Shown: positions 41,169 to 62,680, counted from the first letter of the whole stretch. The stretch: 63,801 bases of DNA, filler included, from Bigelowiella natans CCMP2755 (GCA_000320545.1; 4 parts of 4 records of this genome joined end to end with filler, not necessarily neighbours in it); one strand, 5' to 3'. Numbers and translations: made by a program. The notes: a model not told the origin generated them from the sequence alone.

Positions 41169-41206
<38 letters not shown>

Positions 41207-41473
41207 CAATCATACATGATTCTTACTATCGTAGGTGTTACATAGTCAAAATCGTATTATGTACGCGTATTCTAGATGAAACGAATGATGAAATACTTCA
41301 TTCTTTTCTGCCTTTTCAGCATCGTTTCTACTAGCTGCAGGTCGTCTGTGTGCCATTCAGCTGCCAAGCGACGCAATCTAACGATGGTGATAATGTTGAT
41401 GTGAAAAGAATTAAAAAAAGAACTAAGATGGGTATCATCACATACATATGGGGTATATGTTTTTAATAGACCC

Positions 41474-41516
<43 letters not shown>

Positions 41517-43035
41517 GTTATTTATACTTGCATGAGTTTGTGGAGATTAGAAGAAAAAAAATGGAAGTTTTAATGCTTGCAACAACGGTCATGTATGAAT
41601 ATGATGTAACACTACTTTTCCTGGTAGGTTTCTTTATTCTGATTTCGACTACTTCGCCGCCTTTTCTTTTCCTCCCCTTCTTCATCATCGCCGCTTGTCC
41701 TATCATCATTATAAAACAAACGACATTTAGAGGCAGTATCATCCTTTATAGAAGCTGCAAAAAGTAGGATATATGATCATAGGGTTCAGCAGCTAACAGT
41801 AAGAAACATCCATTGTCTTCAAGTACATCCCCACATACCGCTACCCCTCTTCTCCCTCTCTACTTTATATATTAAACTACATCATCCTCTCTTACGACGA
41901 CTACAACACAATCATCTGACCTACTGTCGGTGGTAATAGGTGGGAGGGAGGAGAGGGAGTGCAGATCTTCCTCCTCATGCGAACCATACTTTCCTTTCAT
42001 TGATCCTCTTATAACTGGCGGAAGCTTGACAGATGGCTGCTGTGCCTGTGAATAGTCGTATAATACTTATTTCCACGAGCACTAGAAATAATAGCAGGAC
42101 TAATTGATTAAACTCTCGAAGAAACACACAATAATATAATGAATAAGAAAAAGGAAAAGAGGAAGATATATATAGTGCTGAAAGCTTGGAGGAGGAAGAG
42201 GAAGAGAAGAAAGGAGAGGAGGAGGAGGAAGTGATTGCTGTTTTCTAGACTATCAACCACAATAGTTGAAGATAAAAGATAAATCAATTCAACATCGGCG
42301 CTATGTGAAAGTTGTAATAGTGTCCTCCATGAATCAAATATTGTCGATGCTACCACCTGCCTCTTACTGCTACTACTGCCCACACGAACTTTATTTAGAT
42401 CTTCTTCCTCTTGAATGCATATCTTTGCATTACGAAAGACATCTCCAATTTCTGGTAGCTCTGGCATAGCAGGAAGGAAATCCTCCTACATGAATTATTA
42501 TATAATACTCATCTACTACATGATAATCATAATAATCATTCATGTCGTCATTACATTTTATTGCATTATCTACACGAATTACTACTTGTATCCCTCCATA
42601 ATCAAATCCATCGTCATCTTCATCATCGCCCAGCAACGCCTTTTCCTGCACAACGTGTAAGCAGGATTTGTCGTGTTTTCCTTGCAAGAACGATGAGGTT
42701 TATTGATTGATTATTACTGAGTACCTTAATGGATTTTAGTTTTTTCCGTAATCGATATCCCCTCCACATAGCTTGTATCTTGGTCTAAGTCACCAACGAC
42801 GAAGGTAAAGGCAATGACGACAAAAACACGTAATTCGATGATTAGTGTATGAATATTAGAACATAAACAAAATATACAATATTTTTGATGAGGCACATTG
42901 ATGTTACCGCAGCTGTGGTCCTTTGAGCCCGAAAATCCTCGAGAAAACTTCGTATCCTCCTGATGAAGTCATCACATCAAAGTCATATGCACTCTATAGA
43001 TAAATCGCTGCTGGTGCTGATGATGGTGCTGCAAT

Positions 43036-43094
<59 letters not shown>

Positions 43095-43360
43095 TTTCCA
43101 GTCTCTGAAGATCGCACTCTATGGCCTCTAATCCATGCTTGAATGAGGATACAAGCACGGAGCTCTGTGGCCTTTTCCTTCTGTAATATATAGCGAGAAG
43201 AAGCAAAATGATAAGAAACCACAATTCATCATCATCATCATCATCCATCCATCCATCCATCCTCTAGTTGCAAATGTCTTCTTCTTACCATTAGAAACGA
43301 TCGAATTGCACGTGCTCTCTTGTCTTCTGATGCCATATTGCAGCGCTGAAGAGGAGGAGG
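40613..43360 (-). CDS. Multi-exon hypothetical protein with basic Arg/Gly/Ser-rich C-terminal exon (5' truncated by gap)
   Basis: 173-aa terminal ORF 40613-41134 behind an AG acceptor, plus upstream coding-like exons (LRRLAAEWHTDDLQLVETMLK; PELPEIGDVFRNAKICIQEEEDLNK). Confidence 0.5.
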
Positions 43361-43460
43361 NNNNNNNNNNNNNNNNNNNNNNNNNNNNNNNNNNNNNNNN
43401 NNNNTTAATTAATTAANNNNNNNNNNNNNNNNNNNNNNNNNNNNNNNNNNNNNNNNNNNN
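43361..43460. other. Assembly gap with TTAATTAATTAA linker
   Basis: N-run with linker at 43405-43416. Confidence 0.95.
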
Positions 43461-43799
43461 TTTGAATACGTTGATACCCCCTTTCTTCCTCTTCCGACCG
43501 TTTACATTTGCCACATTTATCGGATACTTTTCCTCCCCCCCCCGCCCGCCCCCCCCCACCCTCATAGATGTAATATTTAAGGATTTTGGTATAGGTTTTT
43601 CTTGGCAGAAAAGAGAGAAACTCTCGTCCATCTTAGCAAGGGAAAGGGGCACGGTCAAGTTGCGACAGGTGGAACCAATGGGCCACTTGATTCCCAGGAG
43701 AGGAGGAGGGGGGGGGGAGGGGGGGAAGAGGGATAATGAGCAATGAGCGATGATACGTGTGAAAACGCCGAGCAGCCAGGTTTTCTCAACTAACTACTT

Positions 43800-44630
43800 T
43801 TTCTTCATGTTCGAATATTTTCTCGCTATGGGATGACTGATGCTCGGTGTCTTGCTGCTGTTGATACGTGTGTGCGTGTGTGCGTGCATGTGTGTGTGTG
43901 TGTGTGTGTTGTGTAGCGTTGCCGGTTTTCCGTACATTTGTCTTGGAGAGGGCGGATGTAGCCAGACGCTCACAGGCCTATCATCATCATCATCATCATC
44001 ATCGTCGTCGTCATCATCATCATCATAATCTATATGATTTACTTTTCCGATGTTCCCCCCCCCCCCCCCCCCTACCCCTTTCTGCTGATTACAACCGACC
44101 GACCTGCTTCAGGCACGGAATCCCAAACTGATCTGCAAGCTTCAGCATTTCGGCGCATTGTTTCTCCGATGCACATGGATACGACAGAGACGCCGTGTAC
44201 ATGTACAACACCATCGCGCGAAGTGCTGCAGACGATTTTACGCCTCGAGGAAAAATGCATTTGGGAGGAGGGGGGGGGGGGGAGGAAGGGGAGGAAGAAG
44301 GAAGGAGGAGGAGGAAGGAAAAGAACAAGGAGAATCGAGGAGAGGGCAGAAAGCAACAACAGGTCACGCACGATATGATAGGCAGGTTGAAGAAGCACGC
44401 TCCTGCTCCTCCTTCTCCTCCCCCTCATCACCACCCTTACTACAAATTCAAAAATAAAAAAGCAGCAATGCTAGCAGCAGCAGCAGCAGCAATACAATAC
44501 AAACCACCTTTGAGTTCAATTGGCTGCTCTATCCCGCTGGACCTCTCCCGCATCGGCATCGACCACATTACTCGGAAGAATTCGCTGCGTGATGCCAACA
44601 TCGCTCGGTGCACGTACCTGTGTTCGATAT

Positions 44631-44669
<39 letters not shown>

Positions 44670-47218
44670 TTATGGTAAAGGAGGTGCTCAACTCATGACC
44701 AGAGGCAAGGAAACAAGGCTCCTCTGACTGCGACCAACTACGGCTACAACTACTACATACACGTTCGCCCTTGATCCTGCCGCACGCAAGCACGCCATGC
44801 TTTCAGCCTCCGAGCTGAACCGTGGAAGACGGGGCGGAATGGGGGATTTGGCGGCCGCCTTTGCCCCTTGATTAGCGGTTGTTGTCACAGCAGCTACTTC
44901 AGTGCCTGCACGATCACCCCCTCCCTTCCGCTCAAACCGATTTCCTCCTCCTTCTTCTTCATGCTTGGCGTCGTTGTCGTCACGGGCTTGGAACAAGCTT
45001 TTGATTGAAAGAAAGAAAGAAAGAAAGAAAGAAAGGAGGAAGAGGGACAAAATGAGGAGGAGGAGGAGGAGGAGGAAGAGGAAGGGAAAGGGTTCAGCAG
45101 ACAATCCCTGCGGTCAGGCGACAGAGAGCGATGATACTGGGAGAGGGACGACGGGCAGGGAGACATGCAATGATACTCTTCGCACAGAAACCGAACTTAC
45201 AGCTGCATTTGGCTTTTATACGAAGAGAAAAGCCGTCTTAGCGAGGATGATGAAATATATAATCATATTTTGCTCAAAGGAAGACGACGACGACATCGGC
45301 GATTGATTGAATACTACATTTCCCTGCAGAGTGCCTTCATCTGAGACGCCATCAAGAGTCGATCGGTAGAGCTTCGCATTCCCCCATCGGCAGCAGAGAA
45401 GGCAGCGGTACCAGGAACAACTTCTCCTAAGGGCGACGGGGGATGATAATTTAGCGTGTTAGTATTTTTTATGTCACATCGCACCATGGCACACACACTT
45501 TTACACATAGAAATAGACAGAAACAGACGGAAAGAGGGAGAGAGAGAGAGGCGGAGGGGGGGGGGGTGGGGGAGGAGGAGGGCAGTCACCCAAAAGGCAT
45601 AATAATCACGCACTAAAAATAAAAGATATCACCATTTCCTATAACTCCTTCTCTCGCTGCATTCCCTCCTTCGCCTCCAACCAAGGGACAGCTAATCGTA
45701 TTTCCAAGGGGGGGAGGATTGCGCTCATCCCTCCCCCCCTCCAGCATCTTCCTTGAACCTTCTTTCCTATCATTGTAGCCTGGCAACCTACCCCCCCCCT
45801 CCTGAGGGAGCACAACGCGCACAGTGACATCTATGCGAGGGGCTTCAAGGGTATCATCCGTGCTGCACTTCCCCGTCTGTCCTTCCGCTGAAGCTGCAGC
45901 TCGGTCACGTGCAACCTAAAAAGCGAAAAATGGGGGGGGGGGAGGGGGGGAGCGGGTGGTGGAAGGGGGGTCATGCAACTGCGAGCGAGCAAACAAACAA
46001 ACCCGGATTTATAACGTGGAAAGCACGCTACCACACACCGTACACCGTGCGGCGTCCCCTTGTGGAGGGTCATCTGTTTACGGCGTGTGCGTATTATTGT
46101 CGCCCTTTTTCGCTCTCTTCTCGTTCTTCTTCTTCTTCTTCTTCTTCTTCTTCTTCTTCTTCACTTCTACCGTTGCTGCCACGCCATCTTCACAGGCGCT
46201 GCCGACAACGATGATGATGATGATGATGATGATGATGAGGATCGGTGTCCGCCCCTTCGCGCTGCGGTCGCTTACGTAGTAGAAGTAAGGATTATTATAG
46301 ATGTACTGTCGGCGCTAACAATGTGTTATTCTTTGATAAGTGCGCACAAACAAGACATCTCTATTTGTCGAATGCGGCATCCTTTATGTTCTCCATTTTC
46401 TTCTTTTTTCTTCTTCTTCTTCTTTGTAATAAATACACCAACATACATCGTTCCGGTGCAGCGTGTACTGGCGCCAGGATTCGTGCGTTGTGAGCGACGA
46501 ATATGCTCGTTCCTATGCAGCACAACATTACCACACACGTGCACACACACACATATATACATGTAATGATGGTATGTGTGGGTATGATTAGTGTGTACGT
46601 GTCTAGATCGTTTGTGTAGCTGAATGCTTGGTGCGCTACCTTGAATGGCAATCGCGTGGTTATCTGGGGAGCTATCGACGACCCCTTTTTCCATTACAAC
46701 ACACGCAACAATATCAGGCAAAAACATCTATTCCCAGATCAGAGAAAGGAGGAGGAGGGGAGCAGAACGAACGGATGAACGAACGAACGAACGATTGAAT
46801 AAACGCAGCGACGATTCTAGCACAGAATCCAGCCTACGAGATCGTGAAAAGCAGGCGCGCATTCGCGAAAACCGGTGCAATTTGCGTTGCGGGCATATGA
46901 TATGAGGAAAAAGCGCCACCAAAAAGCAGTAACAAACAATAAGCCATCGCCTCGTTGCAGTCGTTCTCGCAACCCCCCTCGAAGCTGCCTACTAACTAAC
47001 AGCCACCTTCTTGCATCCGAGCGTTCTCGATCTCGATCTTGCTCCATCGTAAGACGTGTGGGAAGGACGCCGGCGATGATTGCCCGAACGATGATGAAGA
47101 GGGGGTGGATGACGCTGATGGGGTGTCTGTGCAGCAGAATTTGGAAGGCAATCGGAAGGATGGGGGGGGGGGGGGAACGACGAAGCTTAGCGCGCCAACT
47201 CTTATGAATTTTTGGAAT

Positions 47219-47260
<42 letters not shown>

Positions 47261-48374
47261 ACAGAATATTACAACTTTGCATGCGTGTGTGTGTACAGAG
47301 CATTTGATATCTAACAACACCATATGCACGCGCGCGCACACCACTCATCAGAAGAGCAGCTGCTAGCCCCACAACAAACAAGCAAGCAAACAAACAAACA
47401 AACAAGCAAACAAACAACAAATCCACTCTACGACGACGCACGGATTGGCGAAAGCTCCGGTGATTGGCTCGGAGTGCGGCTCTTGGAGTGAGACGAGGAC
47501 GACTTTGACCCGCGCCTCTTCTTCCGACGTTTCCCGTGCGATATATTGCCGGTGAATTGCGGCTTGGCGCGGGCTACGGCGACGTTGTTCGCTGGGCTGC
47601 AATGCGGAGAGGTGCGGGCCGACTTCGATGAGGAGGATGACTTGTTGCGACGGCGGTTGCGGCTCATCGCCATCTGGAAAGGATTACCAATACAGCAGTG
47701 GGTAATTCTTGGATTTATCTTCATTTGGCATCATCATCTTCGATCCTCGTCACTCTAACACATCTCCAAACGATGACTGGTAGTTACATTTCCAACAAGC
47801 TCACTATAACCATCACCCATCACCAGCATCCATCGTTGTTCCGTTAACCCCCCCCTTTTTCCCCTTCCTCCCTCTCCTGCATCCGCTGCTTCTCGGATGC
47901 TACCTGATTCATGCGAATAGGCCCGGCGTGTGGAGAGTCGCGTGACTTAAGTTCCTTCGGGGACAGCGTGTGGGCTGGCCGGCGACCTGATGATAATGCA
48001 GCGAGGAGCACAAAGCAGCAGCCATTTCAAGGAAAAAATTTGGGGGGAAACCACGGAATTGGCGATGGCGGGGGGGGGGGGGGGAGGGGAAAGGGGGGGA
48101 AACGCCGATATTTTCTATTCAATCTATGATTAGTGCGAGCTTCTCTGCGTGTTCTGTATGGTTGCTGCTAGGTGGTGTTGTTCGTGCTTGCTATGGAAAC
48201 AACACAATGACTATACTTCGGAGGTCCAGAACGTGAATCTGGAGGCGCTCGCCCTCGAAACGCTTAATGTTCCCCACCACGATGATTTTGCTGCGGAGGA
48301 GGAGTAGCGCCACGAGTGAATAGATGGGGGGGGTGCGGAGGATGATGGCATGGGGAGGTATTCGTAATGGCATG

Positions 48375-48412
<38 letters not shown>

Positions 48413-50160
48413 CACGCGCGCCTTTTTTCTCGTTTCTACCTTCCCCGGACCACGGCCTCCCTTCGGGCTGGAAAGATCTTGAACGGCCTGGTGAGGACGA
48501 TTGATGGTTGATGATTGATGATGATGGTGACGATGATGATGATGATGATGATGACATGACAGATCAGGTGGTCGTGCGTGAGGAATGTGAGAAGCAAACA
48601 GCCTCTTGCGTGCTCGTCCTCCTCCTTGAGGGGCTGATGATCGCGGGGGGGGTTTGTGGATGGTTGCCGGGAATAATGTATACGGCAAATTCACCTCGGG
48701 TGTAGTCCCATGGCAGAGGGGAGAACATCCCCAACAACAGATAGGTGCATCCATTCATGCTTCTCCATATCAAACAGGTGTGTGTCTCCGAAGACTGTGC
48801 GTCCGTCATAGCCACCAATCACGGCTAGATGCTTGCCGAGGAGGACCTGAAGAGGGAGGGGCAGGCGGTGGTGGTGGTAGTGATGAGGATGAGGATGGTG
48901 ATGATGATGATGATGATGGGTGCGCGCACGCGCGCGTGTGTGTGGTTATGTTACCTCATGCATCATTTCATCATGATCATCATCATCATCATCATCGTCG
49001 TCTTTGTGCTCGTTGTCGTTGCTGTCGTTATGATCCCCCCTCCCCCCCCTTTCTATCGACGCCCCAGTTACCGCTGCGTGCTGAGAACGAGGCGAGGGCG
49101 CTCTCTCCGGGTTTCTCGGTTTCAGCTTCCGCCACGACATGGAGTCGAGATTCAGTACGTGCACGTCGTTGAAATGTGCGTATCCTCCGCACTCACAGTA
49201 GCACCCTGGCAATCATACAATCATTATCGAGGAACAAGGAGAAGTGGCAGCAACGCGAGCAGCACGATGGCAAGATGCGTAGCTGCAATATAGCATGGTA
49301 GCTACTACCTCCAAACAAAACAACGGAGTTGCGGATACTGATCGCAGTGTGGTACGCACGATAGTGTACCTGATGATGATTCATGGAGGGGGAGGGAGGG
49401 GGGGGGGGGGGGTACAGGATCACGCATGGCTACTGCACTCCTACAACCAACACTGCCCCACTGCAGTGTCACCATTACAAACACCACCTTGTCGCCTTTG
49501 AAGTTGGCTGGTGTCCACCTTTCATTCTCGATATCGAAGAACCTGGCATTGGATTGCAGTATTACTATCTCGTACGAGAAGGACAGGATGGGAACAGCGA
49601 CGGGGGGGCACAAGAATAGCCGGAGTGCTAACAGAACCGACCATCCGTCGCCATAGTTACACTGGTGATCGAATCCTCCAAACATGAACAATCTGATGGG
49701 ATGGCGACGGCGTCAACGAATAAATCACGATAACATAACTTGTGATCAAATGCCCGAGAAATTGATTGGCGAATATAATAATTTCTCTCCCCTTCCCTCT
49801 CCCCCCACTCAACCTTTTTGCATCCACAGCGCAAACCGAATGTCCCCACCGTTGTCCAGGCCATGTGTTACTCGAAGCGATCTTCTGCCATCTTAGTTGG
49901 AGCGCGTTTTGCGAGGGGGGGGGGGGGAGGGGGGGAAACAACACTCAACCAATCTTCTCTTCTTCGGACATACACAAATTCTTCAAAGGAACGATATTCA
50001 TCTTTCTTGCCACGGTGCAAGTGAAGGACTGTCATCATCACGACGCTCAAAAGTAAGCCGTAGTCCCCAGAAAATTGACCTTGTTTACCTGCGTTGTTCC
50101 GTTCTGCTCGATGGGAGGTATTTCCACACGGTGATTTTCTCGTCGCCAGTAGCACCCGCC
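43800..50160 (-). CDS. Kelch-repeat + BTB/POZ protein (LZTR1-like architecture)
   Basis: Kelch: WPGQRWGHSVCAV, MFMFGGFDHQCNYGD, YRAYHTAISIRNSVVLFGGS, HFNDVHVLNLDSMSWRKLKP..APSPRSQHAAV. BTB: YVHRAMLASRSEFFRVMWSMPMRERSSGIEQPIELKG|VKSSAALRAMVLYMYTASL...EMLKLADQFGIPCLKQ|ACER. Confidence 0.85.
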
Positions 50161-51379
50161 TGAGAAAGAGGCAATGTGAACGTTGATCAAAGGTCACGTC
50201 TATTTGCTCGCTCCTCTCTCACCCCCATCCATAGGCATCATCCACTGCTGTGGAAGTTTCACCCATTTAGCTAGGGTGTGAATTACGGAAGTAACATGTG
50301 CAGTTATGCGTGAAGGAGAATCGTCGCGACACGCTAAACAAATCGATGTCGTGTCAACAGTACCCCTTTCGAGCTTCTGCCACCGATGACGTAGAGGACA
50401 CCTGAATGTGATACGAATAATACAGGTAGTGGTGAGGGTAGACAAAACAGCACCGGGTACATGAGCACACACGTGCGGGTGTGCGCATTCTGGATAAAGA
50501 CAGGTGCATGAACGCTCGCTACTACGCCAACGAAAGAAAACATAACACAAAACAGGAGCAAAAATTTCCATCACAGTGCAGTGCAATGGAAGGAAGCTGC
50601 TCTGGCAGCAGCAGGCACTCCACACATCATCTAGTACGTACCTCCCAAGGCAGTTACGGTATGTGCACTGGTCTTCGGTGGGCCGGACATGCTGGCAAAG
50701 ACTGCTGTGTTCTTAGTGTCGGTCGCCATCTCGTCCTGTACGACTGCTCAGAGTGGGGAGCGAGCTGACAGGTTACGTGGTCCCCCTCCTCACGAGCTTG
50801 GGGTAATTTTCGTTGTTCCGGTCTGAGTTTCGGGGCTACTGAAGTCACGGGCTTGCACGTTTTCCTCCGATGTTTTCGGGACGTTGGTTCTCGCGAATCC
50901 CCCCAGTGTTTTCCTCACGCGACAAGCCGTTTGGGGAGCACCATCACCGGGAAAACATCCCAGGACGATTGCCAGAACATTCTGCAAACGTTCCAGTACG
51001 CTTCTCGTCGGTATTTCCCGTACACCAAGGAAGTTTCCCGGTAATTTTTTGGCACTCTTCTGCGCGTGCTCCTCCCGACAACAACTCAGGCAACAATGTG
51101 TAATGCTATACGGGCACTCACACCACCGCAATGCTGATCGATGGCTCAGTATTTGGTGTGCACACGTTCTCGTAGGATCTTTTTTGATGGGGAGATATCT
51201 GGCAAAATAAAAAATTAGCAACAAATAGGAGAGATTTCCTGGAATTTGAAGGTGCGACTTGAATTTTAAGGAAGAATATCTGAGAACGCAAAAGGTTCTG
51301 CATGTTGATGATGATCTCTAGTGTAAACTCGAGTAAAGAAGAAATCAACCTCCTCGTGAGACTGCCCATTCCCTTCTGC

Positions 51380-51424
<45 letters not shown>

Positions 51425-51505
51425 ATGCAGACTGCATCGCTTGGGCTGAAGAACAAATACATAACCAAAAATAATCTACAGGGTAGGTGGTTGACTTGAG
51501 GCGTA

Positions 51506-59653
<8,148 letters not shown>

Positions 59654-59729
59654 AGCCGATAACTGCACCTGCAGGGGGTTCGGGTTCTTTTACATCAAAT
59701 CTTCTTCCCGCCAGCATTAAGTTGCACTT

Positions 59730-60030
59730 GGTCCTTTGACATGCATATCTAGATATATCTGGTGACGTGTGCGCGCCCATCATGCATCGCACTGCAATGT
59801 AATTCTTCATAATATGCGTCTTAGCACTGACAAGCACCATCGATCAAGCTTATAATTTAAATCACCCAGAAGTCGGATGCATTAAGTCGCTAGCGTGTAT
59901 GCTAGCTAGCTAGTATGTACGACGGGGCTACATACTGATCGTGGCCATACAAATTGTAGCAAGCTGTGGCACGCGCGCACATCATTCATACATGTGCATG
60001 TATTGTCAAGCTTCCTCGATCATGCGTTTT
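59730..60030. other. Short CTAG/CATG-rich tail-to-tail spacer tract
   Basis: gctagcgtgtatgctagctagctagtatgtacg and similar words between the CDPK stop (59653) and the 2H stop (60108). Confidence 0.65.
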
Positions 60031-60107
60031 TAAGCAAGTAGTAAATATTCTACTATTTCCCGCATTTACCAAGATTTATAAAATAAGACGCATTATATCT
60101 GATAATT

Positions 60108-60992
60108 TTATCGCCTTCTTGCGAATCTTTTCCGCCGTACTGCGACATGGGGCTTTCTGGCGTCTTCGTGCATGGAATGAAGCTTTTCTCGGATGTGATG
60201 GCACATGTCAGCTAGCTTTCCATAGATAAGGTCGGAGCATTTCCCCCATCTTGATAGCTTAAAAGTGAGACTCGTCAGGTCGTTATCCTTCATATATTCA
60301 TTCCGAGCGTCGATGACAGCTTTGATCTCAGTGCCCCCAGACTTGTAGCCCGTTTTTCGGAAGAGAATCGTCATATGCGGGTCTCTGACTTCGCACGGTA
60401 TGATCTGTGCGTCTAGAAGATAGAGCACCACTGCGTTACCCATAATTCGGATGTCTGATCCATCGGTTCGATACTGCTGGGATAGTGGGGCTGGTATGGC
60501 CTTCTCTGCATCCTGTTGCATTGATTTGGCTTCGTTTCTACTTTTGAATACCTTTGGTCTCAAAGACACGTGTGGTTCCACGGCTGAATCGCAGAAGGCC
60601 TTGAATTTCTCGCGCAGATGTTGACAGAAATCAGCGAGTTCGCCTCGGATCCTGTCGGAGTGAGCGTGCTGCCATTTCTCTAATGTGAACGACAGGCAGG
60701 ACTTTTGTTCTTGTTGTAGGTAGAGGCCCCGCTCCCTACGGACCGCCTTCAGCTCCTCGCCTTCGATCTGAAACCCCCCCGTCCGGAAGAGGATGGTCAT
60801 GTGAGGCACCGTCTTGATCTTCCGCATCTCTTTTGGAATGGCATCGCTCAGATCCACGGCAAGAGCCCGCCCGAAGACGATGATATTCGCTTCAGTTTTC
60901 AGTTCCGTTTTCCCTGTTCCATCCGATTGAACGTCCATTGCCGCAGGCGACGGGGATGAGGCGGGGGCGAGGCTGGCCCCTGGAGCCTGCAT
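60108..60992 (-). CDS. Intronless protein with two tandem compact 2H-phosphoesterase-like domains
   Basis: Internal duplication: VPHMTILFRTGGF...FTLEKW...SDRIRGELADFCQHLREKF...EPHVSLR and DPHMTILFRKTGY...FKLSRW...SDLIYGKLADMCHHIREKL...KPHVAVR. The two Hx(T/S/A) motifs in each repeat are ~76-77 residues apart. Confidence 0.7.
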   Translation of the reverse strand: MQAPGASLAPASSPSPAAMDVQSDGTGKTELKTEANIIVFGRALAVDLSDAIPKEMRKIKTVPHMTILFRTGGFQIEGEELKAVRRERGLYLQQEQKSCLSFTLEKWQHAHSDRIRGELADFCQHLREKFKAFCDSAVEPHVSLRPKVFKSRNEAKSMQQDAEKAIPAPLSQQYRTDGSDIRIMGNAVVLYLLDAQIIPCEVRDPHMTILFRKTGYKSGGTEIKAVIDARNEYMKDNDLTSLTFKLSRWGKCSDLIYGKLADMCHHIREKLHSMHEDARKPHVAVRRKRFARRR

Positions 60993-61333
60993 GAATTGTG
61001 CCTGCCAGTCCAAGAAAAATCGGAAATACTTCCGATGTGCGACAATGGATGTTACAAGTCGCAGGCAAAAAACACATAGAATTACCTCGATTTTCGCAGA
61101 TTTGACCTTTTTGTCGGAACTTTCGCGGAAAAAGTGGCTCTCCCTCCCTCCCTCCTCCACCTGAATCACCAACGCCTGTGGTGGTTACCAGAACTAGCTC
61201 CCCCACCTTCACGAATGGCTACAAGAAATGCCAAGTCTAGCTAAGAAAGGTCCCTGATTCCTCCTCTCCCTTCCAATGCTCTCCGCACCGACCCTCTTCC
61301 ATAAGCCGCCTCAATTGACTCACCGTAATAACA

Positions 61334-61604
61334 ATGGCAGGCACAGGCATGCATCGTAGAACCCATGGCATCACCACATGCGCCGTGGTGGTTGCTGTCA
61401 CTTTGTGGCTTTCTCAATCTAGGCATCATCATCAGCTTTCTCGTTCCAAGAATTATGACAGCGCTAATCGCTACCACCACCATCTCGAGCGACGGCATGC
61501 CGCCCGCCTTAGATGCAAGGGGCATCCCGCCATCGTCTTGAGGCTCCGGGGTGGGGAGACTAACGTGGACGAGCAGGTACGCTCTCTTCATGAAAGAAAG
61601 AAGA

Positions 61605-61642
<38 letters not shown>

Positions 61643-62091
61643 AAGAAGAAGAAGAAGAAGAAGAAGAAGAAGGACCAACAACACCCTGAGATGAGCTGTC
61701 CCTGATAAATATGATATTAGATGGGCGATCTCAGCATCGAAGGGGGGGGGGATGTGAACACCAACGCGACCTCGAATTTGAGCAAAAATGCCCGCAAAAA
61801 GATGCTTCGAATGGAACGCCTGCAGAAGGTATGGCACACTGTGGGTTGCTGCGAAGTGATAAATGAGCGTCAGCAACCAAATACTGTCTGCACAGGCGCG
61901 GGAGGAGAAGGCACTTCTTCGGGAGCAAAAGGCTGCAAACGAATCAGCACAGCAGAGCTCAAATTTGGAGGTAAGCATTTCATTCCTGATGCACTCCCCC
62001 GTGGTAAAAAACTACATTTCTCGCACAACTGTGAACACACAATCTTTGTTTTCCAGGAGAGCTTGAGCCCGAACATGTACTACGATATGAG

Positions 62092-62122
<31 letters not shown>

Positions 62123-62496
62123 CAGTAGTAGCAGCATTAGCAGCTATCTGCCGAAGCTTCGTTCATGGCATTTTAATGCGTACTACTACTACTACTCCTG
62201 CAGCTACTACTACCAGTATGATTTCCTAATAATACGTGTGGAAATGATTCATTTGCAGGAAGGCCACGGTCTCTCGACTCAAAGCGAGTGGGGTCGAACC
62301 GTACCCTCACAAATTTAACATCACGTAATACCTATTGACGCCGTGCAGCGCTTCAATTCTCGCAACACATTCATTCGTGTTTTGGCATTGGCCTTGGTTC
62401 GTAGGATGTCGCTCCAACAGTTCGCTCGCAGCTACCAAAGCTTATCAAACGGCGCACGTCTGAATTCGACCGAGCTTGTTGCTGCTCGGGTTGTAG
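61334..62496 (+). CDS. KARS1: Class II lysyl-tRNA synthetase (eukaryotic type), 5' part, with N-terminal targeting extension
   Basis: ...NLSKNARKKMLRMERLQK|AREEKA...|ESLSPNMYYDMR|KATVSRLKASGVEPYPHKFNIT|MSLQQFARSYQSLSNG...VAARV; LSKN..KK, YY..R and PYPHKF are LysRS N-terminal motifs. Truncated by gap. Confidence 0.85.
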
Positions 62497-62596
62497 NNNN
62501 NNNNNNNNNNNNNNNNNNNNNNNNNNNNNNNNNNNNNNNNTTAATTAATTAANNNNNNNNNNNNNNNNNNNNNNNNNNNNNNNNNNNNNNNNNNNN
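62497..62596. other. Assembly gap with TTAATTAATTAA linker
   Basis: Linker at 62541-62552. Confidence 0.95.
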
Positions 62597-62680
62597 AAAT
62601 GTCTTGAGCTTCGCCACTTACTATTTTTGCATCGACCAGATAGATATGAAAGTGTCCCTAGAGCCCGCCTCCCTCCTCAG

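Noticed and set aside
42270-42350. SADVELI as the start of a second BTB domain continuing the Kelch-BTB gene
   Set aside because: No following H(K/R)xxLxxRS motif found, and the link crosses an assembly gap.
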